This document shows positions 1 through 9,964 of a stretch of DNA of 42,461 nt, piece after piece (the first letter of the stretch is position 1; every line of letters begins with the position of its first letter). Origin of the DNA: a virus; the UHGV virus genome UHGV-0245459; one strand, given 5' to 3'. The translations under genes were made by a program, and so were the position numbers. The notes under the pieces were generated by a model. That model was not told the origin of the DNA and did not search any database. It saw only the letters and a list, made by a program, of their open reading frames with translations.

Positions 1-1479
1 GGCTCCTCTAAGGTCATAGTCGTAAACATCACGCTCATGGCCGATCTTCTTAGCCCAGGCTTGATACTGAGCTTCTTCTTCGTCAGTAAGTTTCGTGTTG
101 TAGAAGTCGGAGAAGTCGTTAATGTCCTCTTTTCCCAGAGCACCCTGGATACCCGCGATAATCGTGCGCTCGGAGTAAGGTACATCCCCGATCTCTTGTT
201 TCATCATCGCGGTGACGACTTTCTTTAAGACATCAGGATCTTTCAGATTCAATCGTTCATTGGATTTATAACCCGTGGCGTGGCTTACGTTGTCAACGTA
301 TGCACCCATTGTCAAAGAATCTGCTGCGGCAAACCGAGACAAAATGCTTTCAATAGTATTGAGGCCATACTTATGGGCATAAGTCTGAATGACCTTCACG
401 CCAGCGCGAATACCATCTTCAGGACGAGCAAAGATTGCATGACCTCTTTCATCCTGCCCAATGAGCCCCTTCCATTTGTTGCCGAATACTTTCACATTTA
501 ACGGATTACAGCCCTTGTAACCGGACGTATTGAGAACCTTGTCCGAGACTTTCGGCGGAGTTCCTATGCCCGCCTGAGCCGCTGATTGGCGCAACACGTT
601 AGGATCCGTATTGCCGAATACCCTCGCAGTAGCTCCTGAAGTGAGGGCTACGGCGGTTGGTCCATTAAGTCTTCGCATAATCTGCACAAGCTGCAGGGCA
701 GAACGCTGGAATAACATCTGGTAAGTTCTGCGTCCGACATCAGCAGACATCTGCTTTGATCCGTCAACTTGAAAATGCCTAAATGCGCCAAGAGGATCGG
801 CCATAGAAGCATTGCTGTAGGCACCTGCATAAGCCAGAGACTTATAGGCGTTCTTCTGACGTTTCAGTGTTTCCTCGTCCCATCCTTCCATCCTGCCTTG
901 GTAGTCGATCTCGTTCATCAGGCTGGCCATTGTTCTCTGACCGTCTGGAGTAAAACCGCCTAAAGCAAACTCTTCTACGAGGTTGTCAGCATGGTCTTTA
1001 GAGGTCTGAGCGCGCCACCTAATATTCTGTTCATTGCGATAGACGACTGTCTTCTGTCGGACGGAATTGAGGCGCTGAAGAGCATTCGACTTAAAAGCCT
1101 CCTTCACATCAGGATCATCAATCTGGCTTAGGTGCTTGTCGTAAATAGACTGAAGGTCGGTTTGCGCCTGATCCCAGCCTGTCACGGCATTCTTGCCGCG
1201 CTGTGCAAAATAGCCCTTGTCAGGGTCGTACAGAGTGGTCTGTACCTCTTTGTTGTAAGCGTCCAGCTGTTCATCTGCCCGAGCTTTCACAACGGTGTCA
1301 CGGTGATAGGCCTCAATTTTGATGGTGCTGTCTGCAAGCTGTGACCACGGCTGGAGCGCTCGATTCATGACGCTTTCATAGTCGAAACTCGGACGGACGT
1401 TATCAGCAGGTGCGCCGAAACCTCTTCCGCTTTCGACTACTCCAGGCACATTATTTTCATACTTAGGAACGATAGGCAT
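1..1479 (-). CDS. Internal virion (ejection) protein, N-terminal 493 codons; continues across the origin into 42461..40800 (about 1046 aa total); contains a lysozyme-like domain
   Basis: ATG at 1479 (MPIVPKYENNVPG) with RBS GAGGA; my manual translation is open to position 1 (...DYDLRGA) and joins WKAGAAQAENGHFPDTFKKPNHHTFSEESQY at 42461. The segment GCNPLNVK...FARPEDGIRAG...YGLNTIESILSRFA resembles virion muramidase-like domains. Missing from the ORF track because it runs off the edge. Confidence 0.8.
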   Translation of the reverse strand, partial: MPIVPKYENNVPGVVESGRGFGAPADNVRPSFDYESVMNRALQPWSQLADSTIKIEAYHRDTVVKARADEQLDAYNKEVQTTLYDPDKGYFAQRGKNAVTGWDQAQTDLQSIYDKHLSQIDDPDVKEAFKSNALQRLNSVRQKTVVYRNEQNIRWRAQTSKDHADNLVEEFALGGFTPDGQRTMASLMNEIDYQGRMEGWDEETLKRQKNAYKSLAYAGAYSNASMADPLGAFRHFQVDGSKQMSADVGRRTYQMLFQRSALQLVQIMRRLNGPTAVALTSGATARVFGNTDPNVLRQSAAQAGIGTPPKVSDKVLNTSGYKGCNPLNVKVFGNKWKGLIGQDERGHAIFARPEDGIRAGVKVIQTYAHKYGLNTIESILSRFAAADSLTMGAYVDNVSHATGYKSNERLNLKDPDVLKKVVTAMMKQEIGDVPYSERTIIAGIQGALGKEDINDFSDFYNTKLTDEEEAQYQAWAKKIGHERDVYDYDLRGA

Positions 1480-1481
1480 TT

Positions 1482-2240
1482 TTATCCTCTGTAGTTCAGA
1501 GAGAAGATGTTTTTAGTTGTCGGATAAAGCTGTGTGGTTTTGACTGTCTGGCCTAAAAGGAGATTGGGTTGCGCTCCTGATATGGCGTCAATCCTGTTCA
1601 TGTTGGGCTGTGCGCTTGAAATAGCGTCCACCCGGATTCCCGGGTCGGCGCCCGATACAGCGTCAACTTTGATTGGTTCATCGGGTTTTGATGGCTCGGC
1701 GGTTTCTGTTTTAGCGGCCATATCCATCAGTTTTCCATAGGCAAAAGCCATGCCCATATTCCCAGCTCCGATAAGCAGGGAATCGGTGAATGCTCGGGAG
1801 ACGCTCTTCTTATTGGCTAGGCTCATGAGCGCTTGGTTACGGTAGTCAGTCTCTTTTGCACGGTAGCCCCAAGCCTCAGACTTGACGTTAGATTCAAGCC
1901 TGTTAAGGTTGATCTTTTTCACAATGTCCGTGCTGGCCAATTGTTCCGCAGCTGATCCGACCCCGATTGCCACGCCATTAGCGGCTAATGAGACTTTCTG
2001 CCGCGCCTTCATTTGAGCGGCTTGCATTGTCTCTCGCTGATACTCACCCTCAGCCGCGAACAATTTCTGCTGATAGTGCAGATTCATGGTGTCCGCGTTG
2101 ATCTTCGCTATGTCTGCCTGAGCCTGTGCAATAGCGTTGTTGTACTTCGTGACACTCTTCGCACCGAAGGCATTAAACAGGGTTGAAACACCTGTAGAAA
2201 TGAGGCCCAAAGTGCCAAAAGAAAAACCTGATCCGGCCAT
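1482..2240 (-). CDS. Internal virion protein (small ejection protein)
   Basis: 252 aa; Gly/Ala-rich hydrophobic N-terminus then Ala/Gln-rich helix; lies after tail tubular protein B as in T7-like/BPP-1-like podoviruses; RBS GGAGG. Confidence 0.65.
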   Translation of the reverse strand: MAGSGFSFGTLGLISTGVSTLFNAFGAKSVTKYNNAIAQAQADIAKINADTMNLHYQQKLFAAEGEYQRETMQAAQMKARQKVSLAANGVAIGVGSAAEQLASTDIVKKINLNRLESNVKSEAWGYRAKETDYRNQALMSLANKKSVSRAFTDSLLIGAGNMGMAFAYGKLMDMAAKTETAEPSKPDEPIKVDAVSGADPGIRVDAISSAQPNMNRIDAISGAQPNLLLGQTVKTTQLYPTTKNIFSLNYRG

Positions 2241-2264
2241 AAAAAATCCTCCAACTCAGCATAG

Positions 2265-2296
2265 ATATTGGAGGATTCGGAAATCGTGATGCGCAC
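2265..2296 (-). promoter_or_regulatory. Putative late promoter, copy 1
   Basis: Minus strand GTGCGCAT (2296-2289), 18 nt, CAATAT (2270-2265). Confidence 0.65.
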
Positions 2297-5106
2297 TACA
2301 CCACGTCGCAGGTCACGGTAATACTGGAGATTTTCAGCGGGAGCGGGGCGCTCTGGCGAATACACACTTGACCGTCATCCGTCCATGAAGCGGCGATATC
2401 TACTTCAAACTCTCCGTTCCTCTTCTTCGGCGGAGTACCGGGTGTTTCCCGTCCGCGTGTCGGCTGCTGATAGAGGTCATCGAAACTCGAGCCAGCCAGA
2501 ATACTCGCTGAATCAATCATTCTCACTGCCACGCCGCTGATGTTCTTTCTGTGGTTACTGCCGAAACTCAGATCCTGGAGCTGTAATGCAAGAGGTAAGG
2601 TCTGAATATCTGAGTTATACGGAAGACCAACATGAACCTTGGACGCAGCTCTTCTCAGCGTGATTTTGCCGTTCTGCACTACTTGATCCGGCACACAATA
2701 CCCGTCAGCCAGGATGGAAACCTTCATCCCATTCAGCCAGCTAATGCCAGATATTTCGGTCTTAGCTGGGCCTGAGTAGGTGCCTGCACAATCCATGAAG
2801 AGATAATCTTCATCCTTGTCAATGATGTACTCATTCATGCGCTCAACAAACCTTACGGTGTTCTCTCCGATCTTGCGCTTGGTCACGACATAAAGAATGT
2901 CCTCATTGCTCTCCGGCACTACTGCGCAGGATTCAAAGTCTCCCTGGGTTTCGTGCTGAGCGAATGCGCCCACCTGTTGTTCTGGAACATAGGTAAAGGA
3001 GATTAGTTTGCCTATGTCATTAACGCACCAGAAGATCGAATAGGGAGCCTTGGCGTATGCAATATCAACGACTTCGTGATGATCGAAGAGGTGAGCCGCT
3101 CTGAGGCACACGTCCGAAGTTATGTAACCGCCTGCTTGGTAGCTGTACCCGAGTTCTCTCAGGTGGCCGCCTCGGGCTGAGGCAAAGATCATCGTATTGT
3201 TAATAAGGACCGGTTTTGTCTGGCTTGATCCGACATAAGACTGCGGCCGCACACTCATAGATTCAGGCGTGATCGCGTCAGAGTTCACGGGACTAACTCT
3301 CCATTCACCACTGGCCGTTAGCATTAGGAGCTGGGAGAGCGGCACGATATGGCGAATTCTGTTGCTGTCCTGGCTGGCAACTCTAACCTTGATTCGGTCC
3401 GTGCTCTGGGACGGGAGCGAATAGCCCATATCCGTTTCTGTTCCGGTTTTAGTGGCCCAAATATATTGAGGTCTCATGCGACTGCCTGCAAACCACCGCC
3501 TCTGCTCGAAGTAAGAAACACATCCTGGATAGTCGCCAGCATTCGCAACAGTCAGAGAGATTTGAGCGCCTGAGCCATAGTTTGAAATAAGTGTCGCTGT
3601 CGGGTTGGAATAGCCCGCTCCTGCGTTCTTGATTAGGACGTTAGTAAGTTTGCCCTGACTAAATACAGGCTCCAGAACGGCCCCGCTTCCCGTTGCGTCC
3701 GTGACGTTAATCGAAGACTGCATGAATCCTGCGGACGTTGCCGAGGCCTGGAATGAGCCTGAGTAGCGATAAAACTCAAACACACCCGTGATCTTGTCAT
3801 AAGCATCGCTCCACGTCGGCCAGCCTGTAATGCTGATCGTAATAACGGGACGTTTATATCCGCTTCCGGCCTGAGTAATCGTCAGGCCTTTTAGCGGTCT
3901 AATACCGATAACACGAGGATTCGGTTTGTAATAGTCAGGCGGCGTAATGTCGAACCAGTCGGCCATAGTCGCCTTAACAGGACTTACCACGGCTCCAACT
4001 CCGGAGCCTTCAGCATCGTGAACAGTAATGGAGAATGTGAAGTAATCCATGAAATTCGACGGAATCCAGCCCACGGGATAGCCGTACTTGTCGCCTGAGC
4101 TCATTAAATTCCATTTGCTGTCATAGTAGGCGCCTAACATCGGAGCATCTTTGAATTTTCCGCCATAGTCATAACCTTCGCCTTTCAGCACCCAAGTTTC
4201 ACTCTCAAGCAGAGAAACACTTAAAAGTTCTCCGTTTGGTCCCGTGTAGCCCGTTCCCTGGGCCACCACGGTGGCCGCGCTGATGCCTCCACTTGTTAAA
4301 AACACATCGTCATAAATCGGCGGCGTGATCGAGCTGTCAGGCGCGATATTGTCATCATCAATGCTGTTGGTGCGGGTCTCTCCGATATAGCCATAAATAC
4401 CGCCTTTATCACGGTACACGCGGTAATGATCGGCCCCTGCAACTGTATTCCATGTAATGGTGTTGTACGCTCCATCCCCGTAAGGATTGCACACAACTGA
4501 GGCGGCCTGGCTCGCTTTCGATTCCTCGGAGTTGTCCAGGTTGCAGGATGTCACTACATATTTGCGGACATATCCGTCTTTATAAGTCGCAGACTGCAAG
4601 ATGTGCTGTGTGGCCGTCACTCCTGTGGGCGGTGTAAGGCTGGTGTTGAAAGTGATGTCCACAAGTCGCCAGTCCAGCGCCCCATATCGTCTCAATTCCC
4701 GTGGCGGATGGGAGCAGTGTACCAGCGTGATGATGTCCACCGACTGAGCATAGTCAATATCAAATAACTCGGATTCGTCATAATCGGTCGTCACTTCATA
4801 CGGGACATTGCCGTTCATGAGTGTGGAGCCGTTCGTGTGAAAACGGACGTAATGATGCCCAAACTCTAAGATCATCGTCTGAGTTGCTGAGAATGTGAAC
4901 GGGATCAGGCGGCATTTTCTGTCCGGATATTTGGTCTCACGCACCATTGAGAATCCGGGCCTCCTCACTACAGGGCCTTGAGGCTCAACGATCATGTTTC
5001 GGCACTTGGCCAGCCCTGCAGAATATGAAGGATCCGTGATTCTGGAGTACATCGAAGGAGAAATCTCACCTCCTCCGATACTCTGCTTATAGATTTTCAG
5101 TGACAT
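2296..5106 (-). CDS. Tail tubular protein B (nozzle) with internal insertion
   Basis: 936 aa; N-terminal GGEISP...RRPG and RLIPFTFS, YPGCVSYFEQRRWFAG, C-terminal QSAPLPLKI motifs typical of T7 gp12-like nozzles. Confidence 0.85.
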   Translation of the reverse strand: MSLKIYKQSIGGGEISPSMYSRITDPSYSAGLAKCRNMIVEPQGPVVRRPGFSMVRETKYPDRKCRLIPFTFSATQTMILEFGHHYVRFHTNGSTLMNGNVPYEVTTDYDESELFDIDYAQSVDIITLVHCSHPPRELRRYGALDWRLVDITFNTSLTPPTGVTATQHILQSATYKDGYVRKYVVTSCNLDNSEESKASQAASVVCNPYGDGAYNTITWNTVAGADHYRVYRDKGGIYGYIGETRTNSIDDDNIAPDSSITPPIYDDVFLTSGGISAATVVAQGTGYTGPNGELLSVSLLESETWVLKGEGYDYGGKFKDAPMLGAYYDSKWNLMSSGDKYGYPVGWIPSNFMDYFTFSITVHDAEGSGVGAVVSPVKATMADWFDITPPDYYKPNPRVIGIRPLKGLTITQAGSGYKRPVITISITGWPTWSDAYDKITGVFEFYRYSGSFQASATSAGFMQSSINVTDATGSGAVLEPVFSQGKLTNVLIKNAGAGYSNPTATLISNYGSGAQISLTVANAGDYPGCVSYFEQRRWFAGSRMRPQYIWATKTGTETDMGYSLPSQSTDRIKVRVASQDSNRIRHIVPLSQLLMLTASGEWRVSPVNSDAITPESMSVRPQSYVGSSQTKPVLINNTMIFASARGGHLRELGYSYQAGGYITSDVCLRAAHLFDHHEVVDIAYAKAPYSIFWCVNDIGKLISFTYVPEQQVGAFAQHETQGDFESCAVVPESNEDILYVVTKRKIGENTVRFVERMNEYIIDKDEDYLFMDCAGTYSGPAKTEISGISWLNGMKVSILADGYCVPDQVVQNGKITLRRAASKVHVGLPYNSDIQTLPLALQLQDLSFGSNHRKNISGVAVRMIDSASILAGSSFDDLYQQPTRGRETPGTPPKKRNGEFEVDIAASWTDDGQVCIRQSAPLPLKISSITVTCDVV

Positions 5107-5718
5107 TTAGATACTCCGTGCAGCCAGGTGGGGCGCCAAATATTCGTGTTTGACCCTGATAGAGTTTCGAGAATCCTGATACTTCGCAGTCTCCAGTGCT
5201 TGAGCGGCCATTTGGATCATCTGCTGCGCCATAGAAGTTTTCATCAGTGGACCTGCCAGATAACTAGCAAGCTGGAGAACAAGTGCCTGAATGAAATACT
5301 GCGGCATGATTGACACGTTCTGGACGCTGGCCACATATCGAAGCATGGGAGCGGGAGAATCGGTTAGGAGAATGTATGAGCCTGTTTCCGAGATTGTCTC
5401 AATTTCAAAATCAATTCCGGCCTCGTCCACCTGTGAGCTTTTCTCATAGACCTTAACGGTGCGCAAATAATCTGAGGGAACTTGGTAGCCGTGCGCCCAC
5501 TGATACAAGTCGGCGTCATATTTCTTGTATTCAGGCAGTCTCACGCGCCTGATCGCAAAAGCCCAGTTGTGAGCCTCCAGTAAGTAACGGAGCGCCTGAG
5601 GATAGTATTCAGCACAAGCCTCGGCGTTAGGATTTCCTTCAGGTGGTTTGATCCGTGTGATCGTACCCTTTTGCCCTAAGTAGCTCAGAGCGGCATTGCA
5701 AATTGACACTTCATTCAT
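5107..5718 (-). CDS. Tail tubular protein A (adaptor)
   Basis: 203 aa; ICNAALSYLG...HNWAFA...YQVPSDYLR motifs of T7 gp11-like adaptors; synteny. Confidence 0.8.
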   Translation of the reverse strand: MNEVSICNAALSYLGQKGTITRIKPPEGNPNAEACAEYYPQALRYLLEAHNWAFAIRRVRLPEYKKYDADLYQWAHGYQVPSDYLRTVKVYEKSSQVDEAGIDFEIETISETGSYILLTDSPAPMLRYVASVQNVSIMPQYFIQALVLQLASYLAGPLMKTSMAQQMIQMAAQALETAKYQDSRNSIRVKHEYLAPHLAARSI

Positions 5719-5721
5719 ATT

Positions 5722-5747
5722 AAAAAAGGGAGGTTTTTAAGCCTCCC
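5722..5747 (-). terminator. Intrinsic terminator after capsid/cement genes
   Basis: Minus strand GGGAGG-cttaaaaa-CCTCCC-TTTTTT. Confidence 0.7.
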
Positions 5748-5773
5748 TCCTCCTCGTGCAACTAGAAAATTAA

Positions 5774-6202
5774 CTAACTAGAACTTGCCGCTGCTTCGGC
5801 GGGGAATTCAATTCCCTGCGTGCGGAGCGGGGAACCCAGCTGAACGTCATTACCAATAAAGGCGGTGATAGTTCCGGCGGTAACTGAAGTGGGTGTGGAA
5901 ACCAACTTCAGATAACGCTTATGAATCGGCGGCAGAGCAATAAGCAAGGGCTGTTTCAGGTCTGTAGCCGTGAGCGCCTTTGTGGTCATGACATCCGTGT
6001 ACGTGGATTTGTCCGCGGATTCCTGAAGCTTGAATGTGATGGAAGTTCCGGCAATCGCTGTCGGTGTCAAAATGCAGAGCACCATTCCATGAGCATTCAG
6101 GTAAGGAGAGGTCTGATCTGAAACAAAATCGAGCACATTAGAGGTGATCGCGGTTTTGGCCTCTGCCTTTTCACAAAACATCATCTTTTGGTCAATGATC
6201 AT
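5774..6202 (-). CDS. Capsid cement/decoration protein (BPP-1 Bbp16-like)
   Basis: 142 aa beta-rich; MIID..F, SNVLD, RYLKL, AGTITAFI; directly after the major capsid gene. Confidence 0.75.
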   Translation of the reverse strand: MIIDQKMMFCEKAEAKTAITSNVLDFVSDQTSPYLNAHGMVLCILTPTAIAGTSITFKLQESADKSTYTDVMTTKALTATDLKQPLLIALPPIHKRYLKLVSTPTSVTAGTITAFIGNDVQLGSPLRTQGIEFPAEAAASSS

Positions 6203-6216
6203 TTTTATCCCCTTGA

Positions 6217-7245
6217 TTAAGAAATAGTGATCTTGGATTCAGTGGACGGCAGAACGTCGGTGCCGTACTGATAGATCGGGATACCGCCAAAGGAGAGCAT
6301 TGATTCACGCTGACCAAAAGTCTTGTACTCAAGTGTGTACTTGGTCTTTTCAAGCAACTGGAGGTCATAGATTAAGCCCACCTGATCAGTACAGTAAATA
6401 CCGACATTGGAGAAGTCGGAGGTCTTCAAGCGGTGACGTGCCTCAATAAACTTCTTGAGCAGGTCTGTTGCGCCCTTGTCAGTCGTGAATTTGGTCGGAT
6501 CAACGTTAGCAATACGCACAATCTTTTCAGGATTACCAGCGAAAACGCCCAGGTCATATCCGAATTCAGTGACGTATGCGGGATACATTTTGCCGTCTTT
6601 GTCAGGAACATAGACGGGCTCTTTGATCGCTTCCATGGATACGCCAGCGGCTCCGCCATACTGCGGGAAGAAACACGTCATCTCCTCCGGATCCCAATTG
6701 ACGAAATAAATGGATGTCAGATTTGTGCCAGTGCCGCCACCGTCAATGATGGAATCCTTCCAAACACCATTGTCACGATCAGGAAGAACGATATTTGCCA
6801 AACCCATGCAATCACGCGGGTCTGTTGCAGGGTTGCCCTGGAATACTCGTTTAACCATGCCTCGGGTTAAGCCGCGGATGAACATCTGATCGGTTCGCAT
6901 GCGGTATGCGTTACGTTCTTTATCCGGCATTTTTTCAAGCATGAGCTTGGCGATAACCGAGCGGTCACGAGCCACACAGGACGGATAACGAACTGCACGG
7001 CCAGCCGCGTTGGAGGCGCTCCAGCCTTCGTTGATTCCAACAAGCTGACCTTCAGGATACTTTTCTCCGATAAGGCCCTTCTTGCCCTGGCCGTCATTAC
7101 CACGCACCATAGTGGCACGATCGAAGAACGGCTGATAATCCCGAATGGTCTGAATCATCATGTTGATCTGAGTGTTGCCTTCGGGTACGAGAGCCTGCCA
7201 TTCAGCAAGCGTAACAGGGGTCATTCCAGTAAATGCGTCTGCCAT
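6217..7245 (-). CDS. Major capsid protein
   Basis: Likely start ATG 7245 (MADAFTG, RBS AAGGAG), 342 aa; TLAEW, DGGGTGTNLTSIYFVNW, VRIANVD, FGGIPI motifs of BPP-1/epsilon15-type capsid proteins. Confidence 0.85.
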   Translation of the reverse strand: MADAFTGMTPVTLAEWQALVPEGNTQINMMIQTIRDYQPFFDRATMVRGNDGQGKKGLIGEKYPEGQLVGINEGWSASNAAGRAVRYPSCVARDRSVIAKLMLEKMPDKERNAYRMRTDQMFIRGLTRGMVKRVFQGNPATDPRDCMGLANIVLPDRDNGVWKDSIIDGGGTGTNLTSIYFVNWDPEEMTCFFPQYGGAAGVSMEAIKEPVYVPDKDGKMYPAYVTEFGYDLGVFAGNPEKIVRIANVDPTKFTTDKGATDLLKKFIEARHRLKTSDFSNVGIYCTDQVGLIYDLQLLEKTKYTLEYKTFGQRESMLSFGGIPIYQYGTDVLPSTESKITIS

Positions 7246-7255
7246 TTTTACTCCT

Positions 7256-7927
7256 TTATTTACCGTAAATATCGTCTGGAGTGAGAGTTCTGTTAGAGGT
7301 GCCTCTAACTGTCTTGTCCTCTCGCATGCTGTCGCCAAAATGTTTGAGGATTTTGATCAGGCCCGGATGATTACCGGCAAAGGTCGCCAGTTCGTAAACA
7401 TCCGGATCAGTAAACTCTCCTTCGGGTGTCTGAAACTCTCTCAGGGCTCGCTGAGCTGAAAAGATTGTGTTCTTCCAGTTGTCGCCGCCGATCACTGCGT
7501 CATGGAGCGATTTATCTTTCCATGTCGCATTGGTCTGTTTCAGCACTTCAATCTGTCGCTCTGCCAATTTCGGCGCCAGCTTGTCAATGACTTCCTGGGC
7601 CTTGGCTTGAGGCAGATTCAGAGACTTAGCGACTTCCGAAAAAGTCTTGATGACTTCTGCGTCTAAGGTTGTACCTTCAGGCGCTTTGAAATCCTCATAC
7701 TTCTCCGGAGCTCCGCCAGTCTCGTCCGCCTTCTCTTCCTTTTTCTCTTCTTTGGCCTCTTCGGTCTTCTCTTCAGGCTGAGACTGCTGTCCCTCTTGAG
7801 GAGGAGTTGCTTTGGAGATTTCATCAATCAGCGTGGATTCTCCCTGCTGACCCTGAGAATCAGGATTAGGCGTGCCGTTGGTTGTAGCCTCGCTTGTCTG
7901 ATTTTCGGCTGCTGTACCTTCGCTCAT
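7256..7927 (-). CDS. Capsid scaffolding protein
   Basis: 223 aa; acidic low-complexity N-terminus, APEKYEDF, GNHPGLIK...G..MRED; upstream of the capsid gene. Confidence 0.75.
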   Translation of the reverse strand: MSEGTAAENQTSEATTNGTPNPDSQGQQGESTLIDEISKATPPQEGQQSQPEEKTEEAKEEKKEEKADETGGAPEKYEDFKAPEGTTLDAEVIKTFSEVAKSLNLPQAKAQEVIDKLAPKLAERQIEVLKQTNATWKDKSLHDAVIGGDNWKNTIFSAQRALREFQTPEGEFTDPDVYELATFAGNHPGLIKILKHFGDSMREDKTVRGTSNRTLTPDDIYGK

Positions 7928-8235
7928 TTCGTTTCCTTAGGTCTCAATTCGCCGATCTTTTCAGGGGCGTACTTGAGAACGTTGTTAAAAACCTGTTGTG
8001 CAAATTCCCGTTTCCCTTCCTTGCGAGCCATGTTCAAAGCATTCGTATCGAATGCCGAGGAGAAGAAACCGCTGTCATCAAAAATTCGTTTCAGCACTGT
8101 CATTCCGTCTCTTGTGTTCAGGACATTGATCAGAGCCTCTTGAAAGTCAGCTTCCTTTCGGAATGCCTCGAGATTCTTTTCTTCGTCCTTTTCTCGCTGG
8201 GAGTTATCAAACGGGTCTCTTGTAACTTTGCTCAT
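7924..8235 (-). CDS. Small head-module protein (Bbp19-like)
   Basis: Likely start ATG 8235 (RBS GAGG); motif F.TNALNMARKEGKRE; between portal and scaffold. Confidence 0.65.
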   Translation of the reverse strand: MSKVTRDPFDNSQREKDEEKNLEAFRKEADFQEALINVLNTRDGMTVLKRIFDDSGFFSSAFDTNALNMARKEGKREFAQQVFNNVLKYAPEKIGELRPKETK

Positions 8236-8265
8236 TGTCAATCCTCGTGATTTTTTGATGCGCAC
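8234..8265 (-). promoter_or_regulatory. Putative late promoter, copy 2
   Basis: GTGCGCAT (8265-8258), 18 nt, GACAAT (8239-8234). Confidence 0.65.
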
Positions 8266-8268
8266 ACC

Positions 8269-9960
8269 CTATTGCATTCCCTCGGCTGCCATGTCTTTCA
8301 TACCTTGGACAGCTTGGCCAGCCAATGTTTCCGTGCCCGCTGGCACTTTTCCAAGCTTGGCCAGCATGTCAGCGCTCTGGGTCATCTGCTGTTGCTGTCG
8401 ATCCTGCTGTTGCTGCTGAGCTCTCTGTTGGCGGATTGCTGCCACCTCGTCCGAAGAACGGAGAATTTCAGGAGAAACCCCGCGCTTGTCTGAAACAATC
8501 TGGGCGTATTTATCGAGATCAAAGTTATCTAAGAAGTCGGGCTGATACTGAGCAATCTGCAGCGCCTCCTGAATCGCCTGTTGGTCAGTGCGTGACTGCA
8601 CTTCCTTCTGACTTCGGCTCAGGATTGAGGTGTACTCGACGTTTAAATCTTGGCCTTGGATTTCTTCCGGAGCAGGCGGGATCAATCCTTCCTCATTCAG
8701 AATGTCGAACGTTCGGTCAATGAGCGGTCTAAGCACCTCGTTATTGAATCGAGAGAGAACCGGCCCGAGCATTAGCAGCTTCTCTTCATGCAGTTCTGCA
8801 ACTGCTGTGGCCGTCATCTGATTGAGCGCAGACTGATTGCTGAGCATGAGGAACATATCGACATTGAATCCGGCGCGGATTCTGTTCTGCACCTCTAGAG
8901 TATCCTGCCTCAAGTCATTGAGGTTAATGGCCACATTCCACAACTGCTCGGCGGGTTTCCTGCCAGTGGCACCATTGATGAAAGATTGGCCTCCCGGGTC
9001 CATGTCTATGTCGGAATCTTTGGCTTCGGACGGCAGACCGATAGGCGGATTCACCATGTAATCAATGGCGTTTCCTTTTTGTTTCTGCTCGTGCTGGAGC
9101 TGTTTGACATCTCCCAGAACGACCATACCGGGAGATTCACAACTGTAGGTTTCCGTGCTGATTGCTCCCCAGCGTCCGACAACGGCAGGGAACATTCTGT
9201 ATCCCGATTCTCGGAGGATCGGCTTCTGATCGTCTCCTGCATCCTTCAAAACGTAAACGGATCGCCACGGCATGTCCTTGTTGGACTTTGAGCGTGTATC
9301 GCGTTTTTCTCTCGGCTCGATGGCGTGGATGATCGTATAGAGCTTGTCCTTCTGGCCGCCTTGATAGGTTTGGTAGAGAGAGTTTGGCAAAGCGTCTTCA
9401 CCAAACTTCTGAACGATCTGCCTCAGCGATAACGAAAACTCGCGGTAGATAGTATCCGGAGTTCCTTTGCTATCGCACGATATGCAGTATTCGCCAGCAG
9501 TCAGGGGAATACAGTTAAACCCTTTCTCCTCATCCTCTTCAATGATGATGGCCAGAATGCCAAATAAACCAGCCTCAAGCCACGCATGATGCAGGGCCTG
9601 ATAGAGATTGGTCTTGGCGTATGTCATGTAGAGGATCTGCGAGACATCCGAGAGCCAGCGCCTAACCTGAACGGATTCGTCTAAGTCAGGGCTTCCAGTC
9701 GTGAGGAAAAACCACTGCTGAGAAGGATCGGTCATGCCGGACATTAAGCCCTTGGCCAAAATATCCGAGGCCCTGAGCGCGGTGTTGTCATAGATGTTAT
9801 TCCAGCGGGTCTTTGCTTCATTCTGCGTTGTCGGATTGAGGAACTTACCGTTAGCAGGCCGCAGGAATTTAGAGATTTCTATCCATTGGTGGAGATAAGG
9901 ATCGCGCTCTTTGACAAGGCTTCTCCATCGGTTCAAAACTTCCTGCCGAACTTCTTTCAT
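8269..9960 (-). CDS. Portal (head-tail connector)
   Basis: 563 aa; IYDNTALRA..LAKGLMSGMT.P...WF, MTATAVAELHEEKLLMLGPVL motifs of T7-like portals. Confidence 0.92.
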   Translation of the reverse strand: MKEVRQEVLNRWRSLVKERDPYLHQWIEISKFLRPANGKFLNPTTQNEAKTRWNNIYDNTALRASDILAKGLMSGMTDPSQQWFFLTTGSPDLDESVQVRRWLSDVSQILYMTYAKTNLYQALHHAWLEAGLFGILAIIIEEDEEKGFNCIPLTAGEYCISCDSKGTPDTIYREFSLSLRQIVQKFGEDALPNSLYQTYQGGQKDKLYTIIHAIEPREKRDTRSKSNKDMPWRSVYVLKDAGDDQKPILRESGYRMFPAVVGRWGAISTETYSCESPGMVVLGDVKQLQHEQKQKGNAIDYMVNPPIGLPSEAKDSDIDMDPGGQSFINGATGRKPAEQLWNVAINLNDLRQDTLEVQNRIRAGFNVDMFLMLSNQSALNQMTATAVAELHEEKLLMLGPVLSRFNNEVLRPLIDRTFDILNEEGLIPPAPEEIQGQDLNVEYTSILSRSQKEVQSRTDQQAIQEALQIAQYQPDFLDNFDLDKYAQIVSDKRGVSPEILRSSDEVAAIRQQRAQQQQQDRQQQQMTQSADMLAKLGKVPAGTETLAGQAVQGMKDMAAEGMQ

Positions 9961-9964
9961 GTCA

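Noticed and set aside
6217..7338. Track start for the capsid protein (also the long starts at 16216, 21539, 28176, 29677)
   Set aside because: These upstream starts overlap other genes, operators or terminators; downstream ATGs fit better and mostly have clear RBSs.
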